Shown here: one piece after another, positions 24,810 through 37,883 of the stretch
Layout: the number at the start of each line of letters is the position of its first letter
How positions within the stretch are numbered: the stretch's first letter is position 1
NCBI RefSeq assembly: GCF_006345805.1
Contig: NC_043015.1
Location: 51,336,001 to 51,400,000 of the forward strand
From: Octopus sinensis
Taxonomy: Eukaryota
DNA length: 64,000 bases
Direction of reading: 5' to 3'
Made by a program: the position numbers and the translations under genes
The notes under the pieces: generated by a model
The model's database searches: none
Told to the model about the DNA's origin: nothing
Seen by the model: only the letters and a program-made list of their open reading frames with translations

Positions 24810-25302
24810 TCTCTCCTTTTTTCTTTCTTTCTTTCTTTTTTCTTTCTTTCTTTCTTTTTTCTTTCTTTCTTTCTTTTTTCTTTCTTTCTTTCTTTTTTTT
24901 CCTTCTTTCTTTATTTCTTTCTTTATTTCCTTCTTTCTTTCTTTCTATCTTTCTTTCTTCCTTTCTTTTTTTCCTTCTTTCTTTCTTTCTTTCTTTCTTT
25001 CCTTCTTTCTTTCTTTCTTTCTTTCTCTCTCTCTCTCTCACCCCTCTCTCTCTCTATTTATCTACCTATCTATCTATCTCTCTGTCTGTCTGTCCATATT
25101 CCAATGTATGTATGTATGTATGTATGTATGTATGTATATATGTATGTATGTAAGTATCTATCTATCTATTGAACTATCTATCAATCTCTCTCTCTCTCTC
25201 TTTCTCTGCATATATATATATATATATATATGCAGAGAAAGAAAAAGAGAAAAAGACAGAGAAAGATATATATATATATATGTATGTATGTATGTATGTG
25301 TA

Positions 25303-25342
<40 letters not shown>

Positions 25343-26090
25343 ACATACATATGTACATACATATACATACATATATATATTTATCTTTCTTTGTCTTTTT
25401 CTGTTTGTGTCCCTGTCTCTCTCCCCCTCACACCTCTATCCATCTGTCTGTCTCTGTCTTTCCGCCACTCTCTGGCTTTCTCTCTCCCTGTCTCACATAC
25501 ACTCTCTCTCTTTCTCTTCATCTTACATACAGTCTCTCTCGCAAATACACTTCATATCTGTATCTCTCTCCCTCTCACTCTGTCTCTTTCTCTATCTCTC
25601 TCACAAACACTGCCAACCTCTGTATCTCTTCCTCTCTCTCTCATTTACTCTCTCTCAAGCACAATCTCTCTCTACCCCCTCCCTCCCCATACAAACAATC
25701 ATCAGTTATACACAATCCTGCAGTTAATGTTTATTCTCTCCCTCTTCATCTTCTGTTCTCTCCCTCCTCCTCTCTCTCTAATCACACACACACTCACTCA
25801 TGCACACATACTCACAAACATGAAACTTACACATATGCACACACACCCCCCACCAACACCACAACCACCAACACAACCACTACCACCACAACCACCAATA
25901 CCTATACCACCAATACCTATACCACCACAACCACCACTGCCACAACCGCCACCACCACCACCACAACCGCCACCACCACCACCACCACCACCACCACCAC
26001 CACCACCACCACCACCACCACCACACCACCACCACCACCACCACAACTGCCACCACACACACACCACACACACAAACCACACACACACAT
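24810..26090. repeat. Compound microsatellite block (TTTC, TC, TATG, ACC)
   Basis: Directly visible simple repeats; they generate the 330-361 aa low-complexity ORFs. Confidence 0.9.
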
Positions 26091-26567
26091 CTTATGTATA
26101 TGTTATTTTCTTTCTTACGTTCAGTATAAGATATTTCCGAATATATGTAATTGTCTGTTGAGGTTATGTTCCACTCTGACCTTAGATTGGTAATTCGGAA
26201 GGAAGTAAGGACATTTAATGATGTTAAAAAAGAAATTAGCTGAAATAAACAAGCGTAATGTATGTGTGTAATGTGTAAGATATACATAAATATGTATATA
26301 ATATGTGTGTGTGTATGCATATATATATACCTATATACATATATACACATACATACATATATGTATGTATAAACATATATATGCATATTTGTATGTGTGT
26401 TTATATATGTATGTTACATAAATATTTGTATGTTTGTTTGTCTATGTATATATATATATATACATACCCATGCTAGCATGGAAGGTGGGTGTTACATGAT
26501 CATGATGCTGATGATTATATATATATAAATATATATATATACATACACACATGCATATATATATACA

Positions 26568-26615
<48 letters not shown>

Positions 26616-27020
26616 CTATATATAAAATATATTATATATTTATATTTCATATGTATCTTTATTATATATCATATATATATGTACATGTATGTTTAAATAG
26701 GTATATGTAAGTTAAATATGTATATATATATTATATATATATGTGTGTCTGTGTATATATTATGTATGTTTTTTAATGTATATTTTATTATATATATCTA
26801 CATACTTATGTGTGTATAAATATGTATATAAACAAATATATGAATATATATTTGTGTATATATTTATATGTGCATATATATATACATGTGCGTGTATATA
26901 TCATCATTGTTTAGCATCCATTTTCCATGATAAATGAGGATGATGTTGATGATGATATTGATGATATGTGTACACATACTTATGCATACATGCATATATG
27001 TGTGTGTAGATGTATACACA

Positions 27021-27823
27021 CAGGTTGCAGTGAATAAACTATCGTCTAAACTACACAAGAATGAAAATAACATTGACATCTCATTTTAATCGATATATTT
27101 ACCAAAATTACATAAAAATATCTTGAAATACTAAAGAGTAAATCTATTCAGTAAAAACGCTATTGGCTTCAACCACGGCCTCCAGGCAACTTCGGAATCT
27201 CCTGCAACTCTTCTGGATGGTCTCCTTGTTTAAGTTGGTGAATGCTGCCATAATCCTTGCCTTCAGTTCATCTTTGATGTCACAAAGAGTTTTGTTGGTC
27301 TCTTGCTCAACTGCAGCTCATACATAATATTCAAGGTGGTTGCAGTCGGGGGGGGGGATGTGGTCGCAGAAATTGTCTGACAGCCATAACTGGGTTGTCG
27401 TGACTATGTGGCTTGGTGCAGAATTCTGTTGCCAGACATAGGGTCTTCCAGCAGCCACCCAGTTGACTCAGGGTAGCACTACCTGCTCCAGGCCCTTGAT
27501 ATAGGTCTCGGAGTTGAGCGTGAGGCCATATGGGAAGGTGGATGTTGACTGCATGTTTGATCTTTATCACTCTCAGTACATGTCCTCAGATTGACACCCA
27601 AACACTCTGAAATGTTTGTATTGGAGCTCCCACCACAAATGCCAAGCATTACAGCATGTCATTTCCAAATTTCTGGTAGAGTGAATTGCATAATGGTGCT
27701 GTTTTTCTCACAGATGGTGCCCAACTGACCCTATTATACTCTGTAGTCGACAAAATCAAAAACACAATTTTCATGCAGGAAATTAAAAATATGAAATGGC
27801 AACACTTTACCCATCACACCCTG
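27021..27823 (-). mobile_element. Internally deleted maT/DD37D element, same family as 21790-22830
   Basis: Degenerate TIRs CAGGTTGCAGTGAATAAACT / TTTACCCATCACACCCTG followed by TA; colinear similarity to 21820-22830 with deletions. Confidence 0.85.
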
Positions 27824-27879
27824 TATATATATACATGCATGTAAGTATGTCTGTGTGCTGGTGTATATATATATATATA

Positions 27880-28100
27880 TAAAGTTAATCCAAACATAAA
27901 AACACAAAGAGAAAACACAACAACGCGAGGATGTGGAACAAATATAGTATTATTGGATGCTCAGGAAGGAAGGGAAGAAGGAGGGTTTAATGTTTCGAGT
28001 GGAGCTCTTCATCGGAAACATAGGAGAAGGAAAGATCCAGAGAAGGGAAGACAGAGGGAAAAAAATCGCCAACGATACACACGCAGTCACATTTTGAATA
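27880..28100 (-). mobile_element. Penelope-like pLTR fragment with variant hammerhead (27985-28019)
   Basis: Minus strand gttt-CCGATGA-a-gag ctcca ctc-GAAA-c-ATT-aaac; bounded by (TA)n. Confidence 0.55.
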
Positions 28101-28590
28101 TATATATATATATATGTATGTATGTATGTATTTATGCATGTATGTTTACATAAATATGTATATGTATGTATGTATGTAAATGTGTCTTTATTTATATTAT
28201 AGTAAATTAGATATATATACATTATACGTTTAAGAAATTTGCTTTGCAACCATGTCATTTTGTGTTCAACCTCACTGTGTGGAAATGAAGCTGTGCAGAA
28301 ATCTGTCATGTGTGTATACTTCTGTATATATAATGAAGATGAATGAATATTAACAGTTCAGTACATGCTACAAATGTTTCAGTAGCTTGGCAATATATTT
28401 TCACTTTATGTATGAGAGAGAGGGAGAGCAAAACACCAATGTTTACTAGAAACAGCAGTCGATACATTTACGACACTATAGTCAACTTTAATGTGTATGT
28501 CCTGGCAGAGACGTGTGAGGGCAGCAAACATAAAAAATTTTGTCTTACCGCTAGGAAGAACATTATAAAAATGGACAACTAGAATCGGAT

Positions 28591-28665
28591 AATCTAGTAC
28601 CTAGGTTTCAGACTCTTCAAATACGTTTATCATTGTATATGTGATTAGTCTTCATCAGCTAGATT
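28591..28665 (-). ncRNA. Type I hammerhead ribozyme, fully canonical core
   Basis: Minus strand AATCTAG-CTGATGA-AGACT-(32 nt)-AGTCT-GAAA-CCTAG-GTA-CTAGATT: 7-bp helix I, 5-bp helix II, palindromic helix III ACCTAGGT, GUA cleavage between 28598 and 28597. Confidence 0.85.
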
Positions 28666-29673
28666 TACCTCGACAATATTTCAAATGTTGCTACATCAAT
28701 GCCAGTATACTCACCTGAATGCTTAGCCATTAACAGACTGAGAACAGTGAAATAATTTTCAATGAAATATAAAGTATTGCAGTACAACTGTATTACTTTC
28801 CAGTAAAATAAAGCACCGTAAAGGTAGAAGTATATCTATAGAGAGTGAGGGAGGGAGAGATGGTGCAGATTTCAAGCATATTACTCATTTCTTTTCTTCT
28901 TAAATTAATTTTAAAAGGTTAATTAGAACTTATTTGCACACAGATCTAATATGTTCTGGTACATTCTACATAGCGTGCATTTCTCTACCAATAATTTCTC
29001 TCCTCTAACTTTTTGTGTTTAATTACAATTTATTTTCCCCATACATCACCAGTTAATACATTGCAAGACATCAATTCTTCAATCAAAATTCTCTTGATCT
29101 GATGCCATTCTGTAATAAATAACCAATATGTTAATTAGATCAATATATATCTCACTTCCTGATTAGGCGGTTATTTTCTTTTGTTTTAAAGATTTGTGGA
29201 AATGGGAAAAGATGTATATTCATTCATTTCTTCCCCAAATATAATACAGGAATAATTTTTCGGTCTGCTAACCTTCATCATTTAGAATGAAACATTTTTG
29301 ATATTTGACGTCAACACAACATTTCAGTTGGTGTGATATCAGGTCGGCATCAGGTGTCTTATTTCTGGATATGTGGCTAAGAAGATTACCTCCTGACTAT
29401 GTAGCCTTGGGCCCAGTCCCACTGTGTGGCACCAAAGCTTCCTGAGTGAATTTGGTTGATGGAAACTGAAAGAAGCCCATGCTTGAGATACGAGACTAGA
29501 AAAACGGCCAAAACTGATGAAGGGTCGTTCTTTATGTTGTTTGTTTTGTTTTCCATTTGTGTCTTTCGTTGTTCGAAAGAATAGTTCATGTTCCATGTAC
29601 CTGTGCTTCGTATTTTTTTGTTGTACACGTTTCATGACATCCTATGCCCACATGTGCATATATATATATATAT

Positions 29674-30218
29674 ATCACCATGATCACTGTGACTGACCAG
29701 GCTATCAGATGTTGCTGCACATCGCTGGTCACAATGCACTTCGCATTGTTTTTTAGCCTTAAAACGATGCCACCCTGCTGGCTAAGTGAGCAGGCCTACA
29801 GAAGAAAGAGTGAGAGAAAGTTGTGGTGAAAGAGTACAGCAGGGTTCGCCACCACCCCCTTCCGGAGCCGTGTGGAGCTTTAGGTGTTTTCGCTCAATAA
29901 ACACTCACAACACCCGGTCTGGGAATCGAAACCGCGAGTCCGCTGCCCTAACCACTGGGCCATTGCACCTCCACACATATATATCTATATGAGCCAGTTA
30001 CCCAGTCTTCACAATGTATTAATGACCGAGGTCACAGCATTGCCTCTGAATGGGACACCAGTCTGTCACAGTGTTACTCATTTCCAGCTGATGGGACTAC
30101 AGGAACATGCAGTGATGAGTCTTGCTCAAGAACACAGCATGCTAACCAGTCCAGGAATTGAAACCACAATCTTAAAATTGCCAGTGCTACATCCTTACAA
30201 CAAGGCCTCATGCCTTCA
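29674..30218 (-). mobile_element. SINE-D (29674-29972) and SINE-E (~30030-30218)
   Basis: tRNA-like heads on the minus strand; SINE-E carries the TTCTTGAGCAAGAC CORE-like segment. Confidence 0.75.
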
Positions 30219-30586
30219 CTAATAAATAACGCGCTTAGAAGATTACCCTTTTATACCATAACTATTGCAATTAAGTGATAAGGATGTTGAAAATCTTTGT
30301 ATTTACTGTTAATAGATGAAGTTAATACAGTACTAAGACACTGCTTCCATATATGTCTTGAAATCACCTCGTGTTTTTCCTAAACTAAGTACAAATCATC
30401 TTTATCTTAATAACAATGTCTAGGTTATTTTTAATGAGGTGTTTGTATGCTTGTGTGTTTTACAGCTCACAGCACTGAGAAATGCTGTCTCTTTTATGTA
30501 TATAAATGATAAGCCGTATGTAAACTTATATATGTATGTATACACAGATATATATACATATATAAATATATCTATCTATCTATATA

Positions 30587-30633
<47 letters not shown>

Positions 30634-30967
30634 ATAAACATATATATACATATATATGCATGTACATATGTATATATTTATGCACATTCATATAAATTCA
30701 TTATATATATTTTATTTTTATTTATTTATTTATTATTTTATTTTATCTAGTTTCATAGGTATGTGTGTCAAAGCAAATACAAATAACTAAAAAGAAATCA
30801 GAAAACAACAACAATCCATGGCATGTTCACAAATAACATTATTAGGGTGACACTGATAGAAGGAAAAAGGTTGCAATATAAAATTCATAATTTGAAAAAA
30901 AAAAAATCTGTTTTTTTCACATTCCATTTGTAGCCCTATCAAATGTAATTGCTTATTTATTCACATA

Positions 30968-31131
30968 GGCGCAGGAGTGGGTGTGTGGTAAGTAGCTTGT
31001 TAACCAGCCACATGGTTCCGGGTTCAGTTCCACTCGTGGCAACTTGGGCAAGTGTCTTCTGCTATAGCCCCGGGCCGACCAATGCCTTGTGAGTGGATTT
31101 GTTAGATGGAAACTGAAAGAAGCCTGTCGTA

Positions 31132-31176
<45 letters not shown>

Positions 31177-31399
31177 ATGTGTTTGTGTGCCTGTGTTTGT
31201 CCCCCTAGCATTGCTTGACAACCGATGCTGGTGTGTTTACGTCCCCGTCACTTAGCGGTTCGGCAAAAGAGACCGATAGAATAAGTACTGGGCTTACAAA
31301 GAATAAGTCCCGGGGTCGATTTGCTCGACTAAAAGGCGGTGCTCCAGCATGGCCGCAGTCAAATGACTGAAACAAGTAAAAGAGTAAAAGAGAAAAGAG
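30968..31399 (+). mobile_element. SINE-A, best-preserved copy
   Basis: GGCGCAGGAGTGG..GGTTCCGGGTTCAGTTCC head, CORE-like segment, (TA)n/(TG)n, tail ending (GTAAAAGA)n; CpGs largely intact. Confidence 0.92.
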
Positions 31400-32809
31400 T
31401 ATTCCTTTGAATTAATCATGGATTATCTTCTAGCTTTAAGATTTGAATGATGTGATTGTATATATTTGCTATGATGTTGTAAGGTAGATGAAAAAGATGA
31501 ATCCGGTCAGTTTGAACATGAAACAGAATGCTTGGGCCAAATATGGCCGATTTAAATGTTAAAGAGTAATGGATAAATAAAATTAAAAATCACAAGCTTT
31601 TACTTTTAATTTCAAGCATGTTGCTTTGAACCTGTCTAACCATCTTATTAACTGGCAATGAATCACCTGTCTGGTTGATGAGGTGCTTATTTGAGAATTT
31701 ATGCTGTGTTCTGTAATTGTTTCTTGTGATTGCTTGAGAACTAATGTCTAATTATTATCTGCACTTGCATTGTCACTTCGTGAACAGCGATCATAGATAA
31801 AGTACGAGAGTTATAAGGAGACATTCAGCTATTAATATATATATTTATGTGTGCGCGCTATGATTTAAACATGGCCGTCGTTCTCTTTGACAAGCCAATA
31901 AGCTAAGGCTGTTGATTGAACTCTTTGCTATATAAACGAGATAAGCATTGTTTTTAGTCTATTTGTAGAACTTTATTATGGTTATTCCAGATTTGATTAC
32001 AGCAAAAAATCTCTCTTCAATCAATCGGTTCTCAGATGGAAATATTGACGTAACCTTCTGTTGATGATGGAATAAATTTTCCTGGTGGTAATTTAAACTC
32101 ACTGGTGTAATTTGTTGAGAAGCAGTTATAAATTATATGACTATCCATTATCGATCAATTTCTCTATTGTAGTAGTTAGTCTGCAGTGGAATAATGGCAG
32201 GACCATATAAAAGAAAGCTATTATTTCTGAAGTGATTTGGATGTATTTAAGATTTATTCATGGGGAAGGGTGAAATTTGTAACTCTTTTTCGACGCCTCT
32301 CAAGGGTTACACTCTCCTATGTCATAATGTTGAATTGGTTTGGAAATGGTCGTTGAATATAAACAGGCGTTAACCTATAGAGAATTTCCTTGCTGGACAT
32401 TTCTTATCTGTTCGACTATGTTAATTCAACCTTGCTTCTTTTAATTGTTGGTGGTGACTTCTTTTCTCGATTGCATTAATGTATCGTTGTCTCTGCAGAT
32501 GCTTTGCTAAAGGTTTCTTATTCTCTCTGCTACGTTGATATAACATTGATCTTATGAATTGCTACATAAGTTACATCCTTCTATGATAATCTAGTCAATA
32601 TATAATTGAGTGTCTCGATGTCATACCGTTGTATTACATTAGCAATTTGAGAGATGGTTTAAAAAAAATTTTTTTTTCTATTTCTTCTTAGGCATGGCCG
32701 TGTGATTAAGAAACTTGTTTTACAACCACATGTCTCTTAGTTCAGCTCCATGGCATGGCACAGAGCAAATGGAAACTGTGTAGAAGCCCTTTATATATAT
32801 ATATATATA

Positions 32810-32990
32810 TACCGGAGTAAACACATAAATGTGAAACAAGGTGGAAAAAAGAGTACTCAAATACCAGAGGTAGAGTAATATGCTTTATTTAAAAGCAGCA
32901 GAAATTTAACAAAAGCTGTTACTCGGAGTTTCACATTCCCGTTCGTCGGACAGTTTTGTTAAATTTCTGCTGCTTTTAAATAAAGTATAT
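32810..32990 (-). mobile_element. Penelope-like fragment: ~37-bp inverted repeat enclosing a variant hammerhead (32916-32953)
   Basis: Minus strand ctgt-CCGACGA-ac gggaat gt-GAAA-ctc c ga-GTA-acag inside TGCTTTATTTAAAAGCAGCAGAAATTTAACAAAA and its reverse complement; homologous to 35536-35750. Confidence 0.7.
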
Positions 32991-33799
32991 ATACATATAT
33001 ATATATATAAAGGCGTAGTAGTGGCTGTGTGGTATGAAGCTTACTTCCGAGCTACATGGTTCCAGGTTCAGTCCCACTGCATGGCAATTTGGGCTAGTGT
33101 CTTCTACTATAGCCTCGGGCCAACCAAAGCCTTGTGAGTGGATTTAGTAGATGAAAACTGAAAGAAGCCCATCATATATAATAATGATAATAATAATAAT
33201 GATAAATGCCAAAATGAATTTCTTTGTGTCAGTGTGTCACACTTTGACCTCCTCTCTCACTATTCAATGACACATCTTCTACTCCTCTTGCTGGGATCAG
33301 AGTAATTAGTAGGCATAGAGATGGTGAGGGTGGTAGTAGATTGAAGATTGTGATGGTAATGGAGTGATACTAATAGTATGAGCTATAAATGTGACAGAGG
33401 CGGAGGCGACAGTGTTGATGGGGATGGTGGTAGCTGAGGTGGTCAAGCATGATGGTGATAGTAAGGGATGTGAAGGACTGTGGTGATGGTGGTGAAGGGG
33501 AAGGCGGTGGAGTCAAAGGTGTTGATGGTGTTGGCAGTTTGAACAGTGTGTATGGCAGTTGTGGTAGTGATGGCGGTGGCAGTGGTACTAGCGATGGTTG
33601 AAAACAATCAATGGAAAGAGAGAGCAAGAAAGAGAGAGGTTAGACAGAAAAACAAATTGTACTGACCCTGTCCCCAAAGAGGAAGACAAAAAATGTTTAT
33701 CTTTGCAATAAGTTCCAAGTTGATAAATTATATCATTGTTTTGATGAAAATTGTTCATTTCTTGAAAAATATTAATCAAGTTTAATAAAATTTATTATA

Positions 33800-34200
33800 G
33801 GCACAGGAGTGGCTGTGTGGTAAGTAGCTTACTTACCAACCACATGGTCCTGGGTTCAGTCTCACTGCATGGCACCTTGGGCAAGTGTCTTCTACTAAAC
33901 CCTCAAGCTGACCAAAGCCTTGTGAGTGGATTTGGTAGACAGAAACTGGAAGAAACCCATCATATATGTATATGTGTATATATTTTTGTACCTGTGTTTG
34001 TCCCCCCAACATCGCTTAACAACCACTGTTGGTGTGTTTATGTCCCTGTAACTTAGTGGTTCGGCAAAAGAGACTGATAGAATAAGTACTAGGCTTACAA
34101 AGAATAAGCTCTGGGGTCGATTTGCTTGACTAAAAGGCGGTGCTCCAGCATGGTTGCAGTCAAATGACTGAAACAAGTAAAAGAGTAAAACAGTAAAAGA
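33800..34200 (+). mobile_element. SINE-A, full length
   Basis: Head, body and tail as for 30968-31399. Confidence 0.88.
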
Positions 34201-34294
34201 GTCTGTATTCAATGCATGGAGTGTCATTGTTGGGCTCAAGGCCCAATGAAAAGCCCTCCACAGGAGCAAGCTTAAAAGTTAGTATATATATAAA

Positions 34295-34550
34295 TAAAAT
34301 AAATGCACCCTTTTAAAGCCTAACCAGGCTCATGGGCCCAGTTTCCTGGTTTCTATGGCATATGTGTCCTCTAGCTGGACAGGATGCCAGTCCATCGCAT
34401 CGTTACTCATCTTTGCCAGCTGAGTGGACTGGAGCAACGTGAAATGAAGTGTTTTGCTCAAGAACACAATGCATCGCCCAGTCCAGGAATCGAAACCACA
34501 ATCTTACAATTATGATGCTGACACTCTAACCACTAAGCCAAGCACCTCCA
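34295..34550 (-). mobile_element. tRNA-derived SINE family E (CORE-like plus V-domain-like)
   Basis: Minus strand GGCTTAGTGGTTAGAG..GGTTTCGATTCC head, GTTCTTGAGCAAAACACTT, and GCGATGGACTGGCATCCTGTCCAG (V-domain-like, from memory); related copies at 53438-54140 (+, split by a SINE-A) and 60456-60795 (-). Confidence 0.75.
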
Positions 34551-35243
34551 CAGTATATATATATATATACATATAAATTTGACATGGGTGATTCTTTCTT
34601 GTCTTGGGATTCACGGTCAAACAGCTGGGTGGAATTGTGTGAACAATTACACAGATGTGTAGAATGATCCAGTGGTGATGCTGGGCCTTGTATTTTTTCA
34701 TAGCTCCCATGGTTACCAAGATAATCTACTATAATAATACACTTGTGTTTATGAATGAGAAATGAAGGGCTGATAGATGAATAAGGGGTGAGCTTTTCAA
34801 CTCTGTGTGAATATATGTGAGTGTTTGTAAAAGGGGGGTATGTGAATGTGTGTGAGTGTGTGTGTGTTTGTACATGTGTGCGTGCAATGGAAGTGGGATG
34901 GTTCATCTTTGTTCGCTTAGTATTTGGGTTAATTTTTTGATTTGGTTGAATCTTGGTTGTTTTTTTTCTCTTTTTGTTGGTCAGTTATTTTTAGCATTTT
35001 GATAGAAAAAAAAAAGTCATTCTAAAATTGTTCTAAAGTTTAATGTAAGCATACCCAAACAAGTCGAATGCTTACACAGGGCAGGTTTTAGAGCCACATC
35101 ATCCAAACTGACCGGGTGAAACCAGGCTTAGCTGCTAGTATGTATATATATATATATATAGCTATTTTTTAATAAACCATTCACACTGGTGTAACATCAT
35201 CATCATCATCGTTTAGCATCAGGTATTGTATCAGGTATATATA

Positions 35244-35356
35244 AGTAAATAAATGGAGTTGAACGCAGATGCTATTCAAATTCTTTTTGTCTTCGAAATA
35301 TATGTCGAAAGTAAAAGAATTTGAATAGCATCTGCATTCAACTCCATCTATTTACT
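35244..35356. repeat. Inverted repeat (~45-bp arms)
   Basis: AGTAAATAAATGGAGTTGAACGCAGATGCTATTCAAATTCTTTT versus AAAAGAATTTGAATAGCATCTGCATTCAACTCCATCTATTTACT. Confidence 0.85.
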
Positions 35357-35672
35357 GATACTACACAAATTACTGCACATTAACCCAGAGTTTCTACCTT
35401 TGAATAGATCGCTACATCCTTGTTACTTGCATGAATTTTGCTACCCTGGTAACTGTTAATTGAATTTTCCATGTTAACTGTAAACAAAGGATAATTCATT
35501 CATCCATTTATATATATATATATAATATATATATATACCGGAGTAAGCACATAAATGCGAAACAAGGTGGAAAAAAGAGTATTCAAATACCAGTGGTAGA
35601 GTAATATGCTTTATTTAAAAGCAGCAGAAAATTTCCCGTTCCCATTTGTCGGACAGTTTTTTCTAGCAAAAA

Positions 35673-35710
35673 CTGTCTGACGAACAGGAACGTGAAACTC
35701 AGAGTAACAG
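35673..35710 (+). ncRNA. Minimal type I hammerhead ribozyme (38 nt) in PLE-like fragment 35536-35750
   Basis: ctgt-CTGACGA-ac aggaac gt-GAAA-ctc a ga-GTA-acag; canonical core, near-palindromic helix III (ACTC-A-GAGT). Confidence 0.78.
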
Positions 35711-35744
35711 GTTTTGTTGAATTTTCTGCTGCTTTTAAATAAAG

Positions 35745-35782
<38 letters not shown>

Positions 35783-36762
35783 TTATATATATACATATAT
35801 ATATATATAAACAAGTACTGGGGTCAATTTGTTTGACAAAAAAGATATTCTTCAAGGCGGTGCCCCAGAATGAGCACAATCTAATGACGAAAAAAAGCAA
35901 AAGATAAAAGATATGATATCTGATATCTGATATCATACTGTAATCTCATTTGATAGCATAGTATAAAAAGACCATAAGCACAATACTGCATAATTTGCTA
36001 AATATTGTTTGCAGAGAATGGTCATTTTTGAAAGTTTTTTTTTTCTTTTCTTAAATTTATAAATATGTCATTTATAGATTTCGATCAATATAAATTCAAC
36101 ATATTATCATGTTTAATTTAACTTCTTAGCCAGCAACCAATAAACTGCCAGAAGTCTAGACATTTCGGTCTGACCTACATTCAACAGAATTCTGCTCTAC
36201 TGCTTTTGGATATTCCTTTCTTCTTTGCATATTTCCGGCTAGATTCCACTTTTGATTCTTCAAGATGTATTGATTTGAATCAAGAAGAAAAATAAGAAGG
36301 AAAGAAAGAAAGAAAGAAGGGACAGGAAAGAAAAAGTAAAGCAAAAAAAGATTTTGTTTGTTAAAATAAATAGTAAAAATTATAAGAGATTGGGGAAAAA
36401 ATGGAAGTTTTTGCCTTTCCAGAGGTTAGTGTCAAGTGGGAGGGTTATGCGGGGTCGCGTCAGCTGGGCCATCAGGAAAAGAGTTCATAGAATGTTGGAT
36501 AAACTCAGTTGCATAAACTTTCAATAGAGTCACAGAAGTCACAGGAGTCGTTACCTCGATTGTCTGTGCAAGATGTAATCTGTCATGGTTCTGGTAAGGT
36601 GTTGGTGCTCTGTGGAGGATGAGGGACATTTTGGCAGAGCCATTGGCTCCTGGCCCTGCCTGCTCTTGTCAAAACTGCCCAATTCATGCCAGCATGGAAA
36701 ATGGATGTTAAAGGATGATGATGATGATAATGATGACAACGATGACAATGATGATGATGATA

Positions 36763-36968
36763 AGGCGGCGAGCTGGCAGAAATGTTAGCACGCCAGACAA
36801 AATGCTTAGCATTACATTCTAAGTTCAAATTCTGCTGAGTCAACTTAGCCTTTCATCCTTTTGAGGTTGATTAAGTAAGTACCAGTTATGCACTGGGGTC
36901 GATGTAATTGACTTAATTCTTTGTTTGTCCCCCCTTTGTTTAGCCCCCTGTGGGCAATAAAGAAATAA
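36763..36968 (+). mobile_element. SINE-B (B2 tail) inserted in the GAT tail of an RTE fragment
   Basis: AGGCGGCGAGCTGGCAGAAATG head; tail GCCCCCTGTGGGCAATAAAGAAATA; TSD-like ATGATGATGATA at 36751-36762 and 36969-36980. Confidence 0.85.
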
Positions 36969-36984
36969 ATGATGATGATATTAA

Positions 36985-36993
36985 TTATTATTA

Positions 36994-37042
<49 letters not shown>

Positions 37043-37098
37043 CATTATTATTATTATTATTATTATCATCATCATTATTATTATTATTATTATTATCA

Positions 37099-37129
<31 letters not shown>

Positions 37130-37131
37130 CA

Positions 37132-37162
<31 letters not shown>

Positions 37163-37370
37163 CATAGACGTTGCACAGTATATAATACGGTGAGGTTGTT
37201 GATTGAAGATATTGTGTCTACCGGGGGGTTTGTATGGTTTGTCAAGTCACAACAAGGATCTCAGACAGAGAGTACTTTATGCAATATGTGTGCAGTTTCA
37301 AGTAATGCCAATTTTTGCAATATGTCTAGATTGTAGGGGGCTTCTAAGGTTTTCAGATGCTTTACCAGAT
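36985..37370 (-). mobile_element. Dong/R4-type (RLE) non-LTR retrotransposon 3' end with long (TAA)n tail
   Basis: Minus strand ..LVKHLKTLEAPYNLDILQKLALLETAHILHKVLSV* (stop at 37261-37263) matches the conserved LQK.ALLGTA.ILRKVL C-terminus of R4/Dong proteins; ~100-bp 3'UTR, then ~180 bp of (TAA)n. Confidence 0.85.
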
Positions 37371-37412
37371 TATTACCTCTGCCTTAACGAAGGCAGAGGT
37401 ATTGTTTTTAGC
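37371..37412 (+). mobile_element. Short perfect hairpin resembling a Helentron/HINE-type terminus
   Basis: TACCTCTGCCTT-aacg-AAGGCAGAGGTA (12-bp stem, 37374-37401) followed by TTGTTTTT; family assignment from memory. Confidence 0.4.
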
Positions 37413-37456
37413 CTTAATAATAATAATAATGATAATAATAATAATAATAATAATAT

Positions 37457-37686
37457 ATTTCTTTATTACCCACAGGGGCTAAACATAGAGGGGACAAACA
37501 AGGACAGACAAAGGGATTAAGTTGATTACATTGACCCCAGTGCATAACTGGTATTTATTTCATCGACCCTGAAAGGATGAAAAGCAAAGTCAACCACAGC
37601 AGAATTTGAACTCAGAACATGAAGACAAATGAAATACCACAAAGCATTTTGCCTGACTGCTAACAATTCTGCCAGCTTGCTGCCCT
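37457..37686 (-). mobile_element. SINE-B (B2 tail)
   Basis: Reverse complement of the B2 tail and head. Confidence 0.85.
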
Positions 37687-37883
37687 AACTTGTATTGTCC
37701 CTCTCATTCTTCACCCTTGTGGAAAATAAGTGAAATCATTATTAAAAGATAAGGAAATAGCTTTATTCTCAAACGCAATATAATGCTAATAATAAAGCAT
37801 GAACAGGATAAATTATCCATATTTTGCAGAAAAATTTGTTGGCAGCCAGCCATGAGACTCGAACTCACATCCCTGTGATTACT

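Noticed and set aside
25108-26193. 361-aa and 330-aa ORFs with poly-Thr/Pro/His tracts
   Set aside because: Translations of compound microsatellites with no domain signal; the same applies to the many YI/HT/VC-rich ORFs across the window.
30968-31040. tRNA genes suggested by A/B boxes (here and at other SINE heads)
   Set aside because: No complete cloverleaf; each continues into a SINE body, so they are tRNA-derived SINE heads.
35112-35139. Helitron-like 3' end (degenerate hairpin plus CTAG|T)
   Set aside because: Hairpin is imperfect and no matching 5' end or second copy is identifiable.
36150-36195. Minus-strand CTGTTGA..ggtc a gacc-GAAA-tGTC motif
   Set aside because: Non-canonical core, extra spacer nucleotides and an offset helix I; not counted among the hammerheads.
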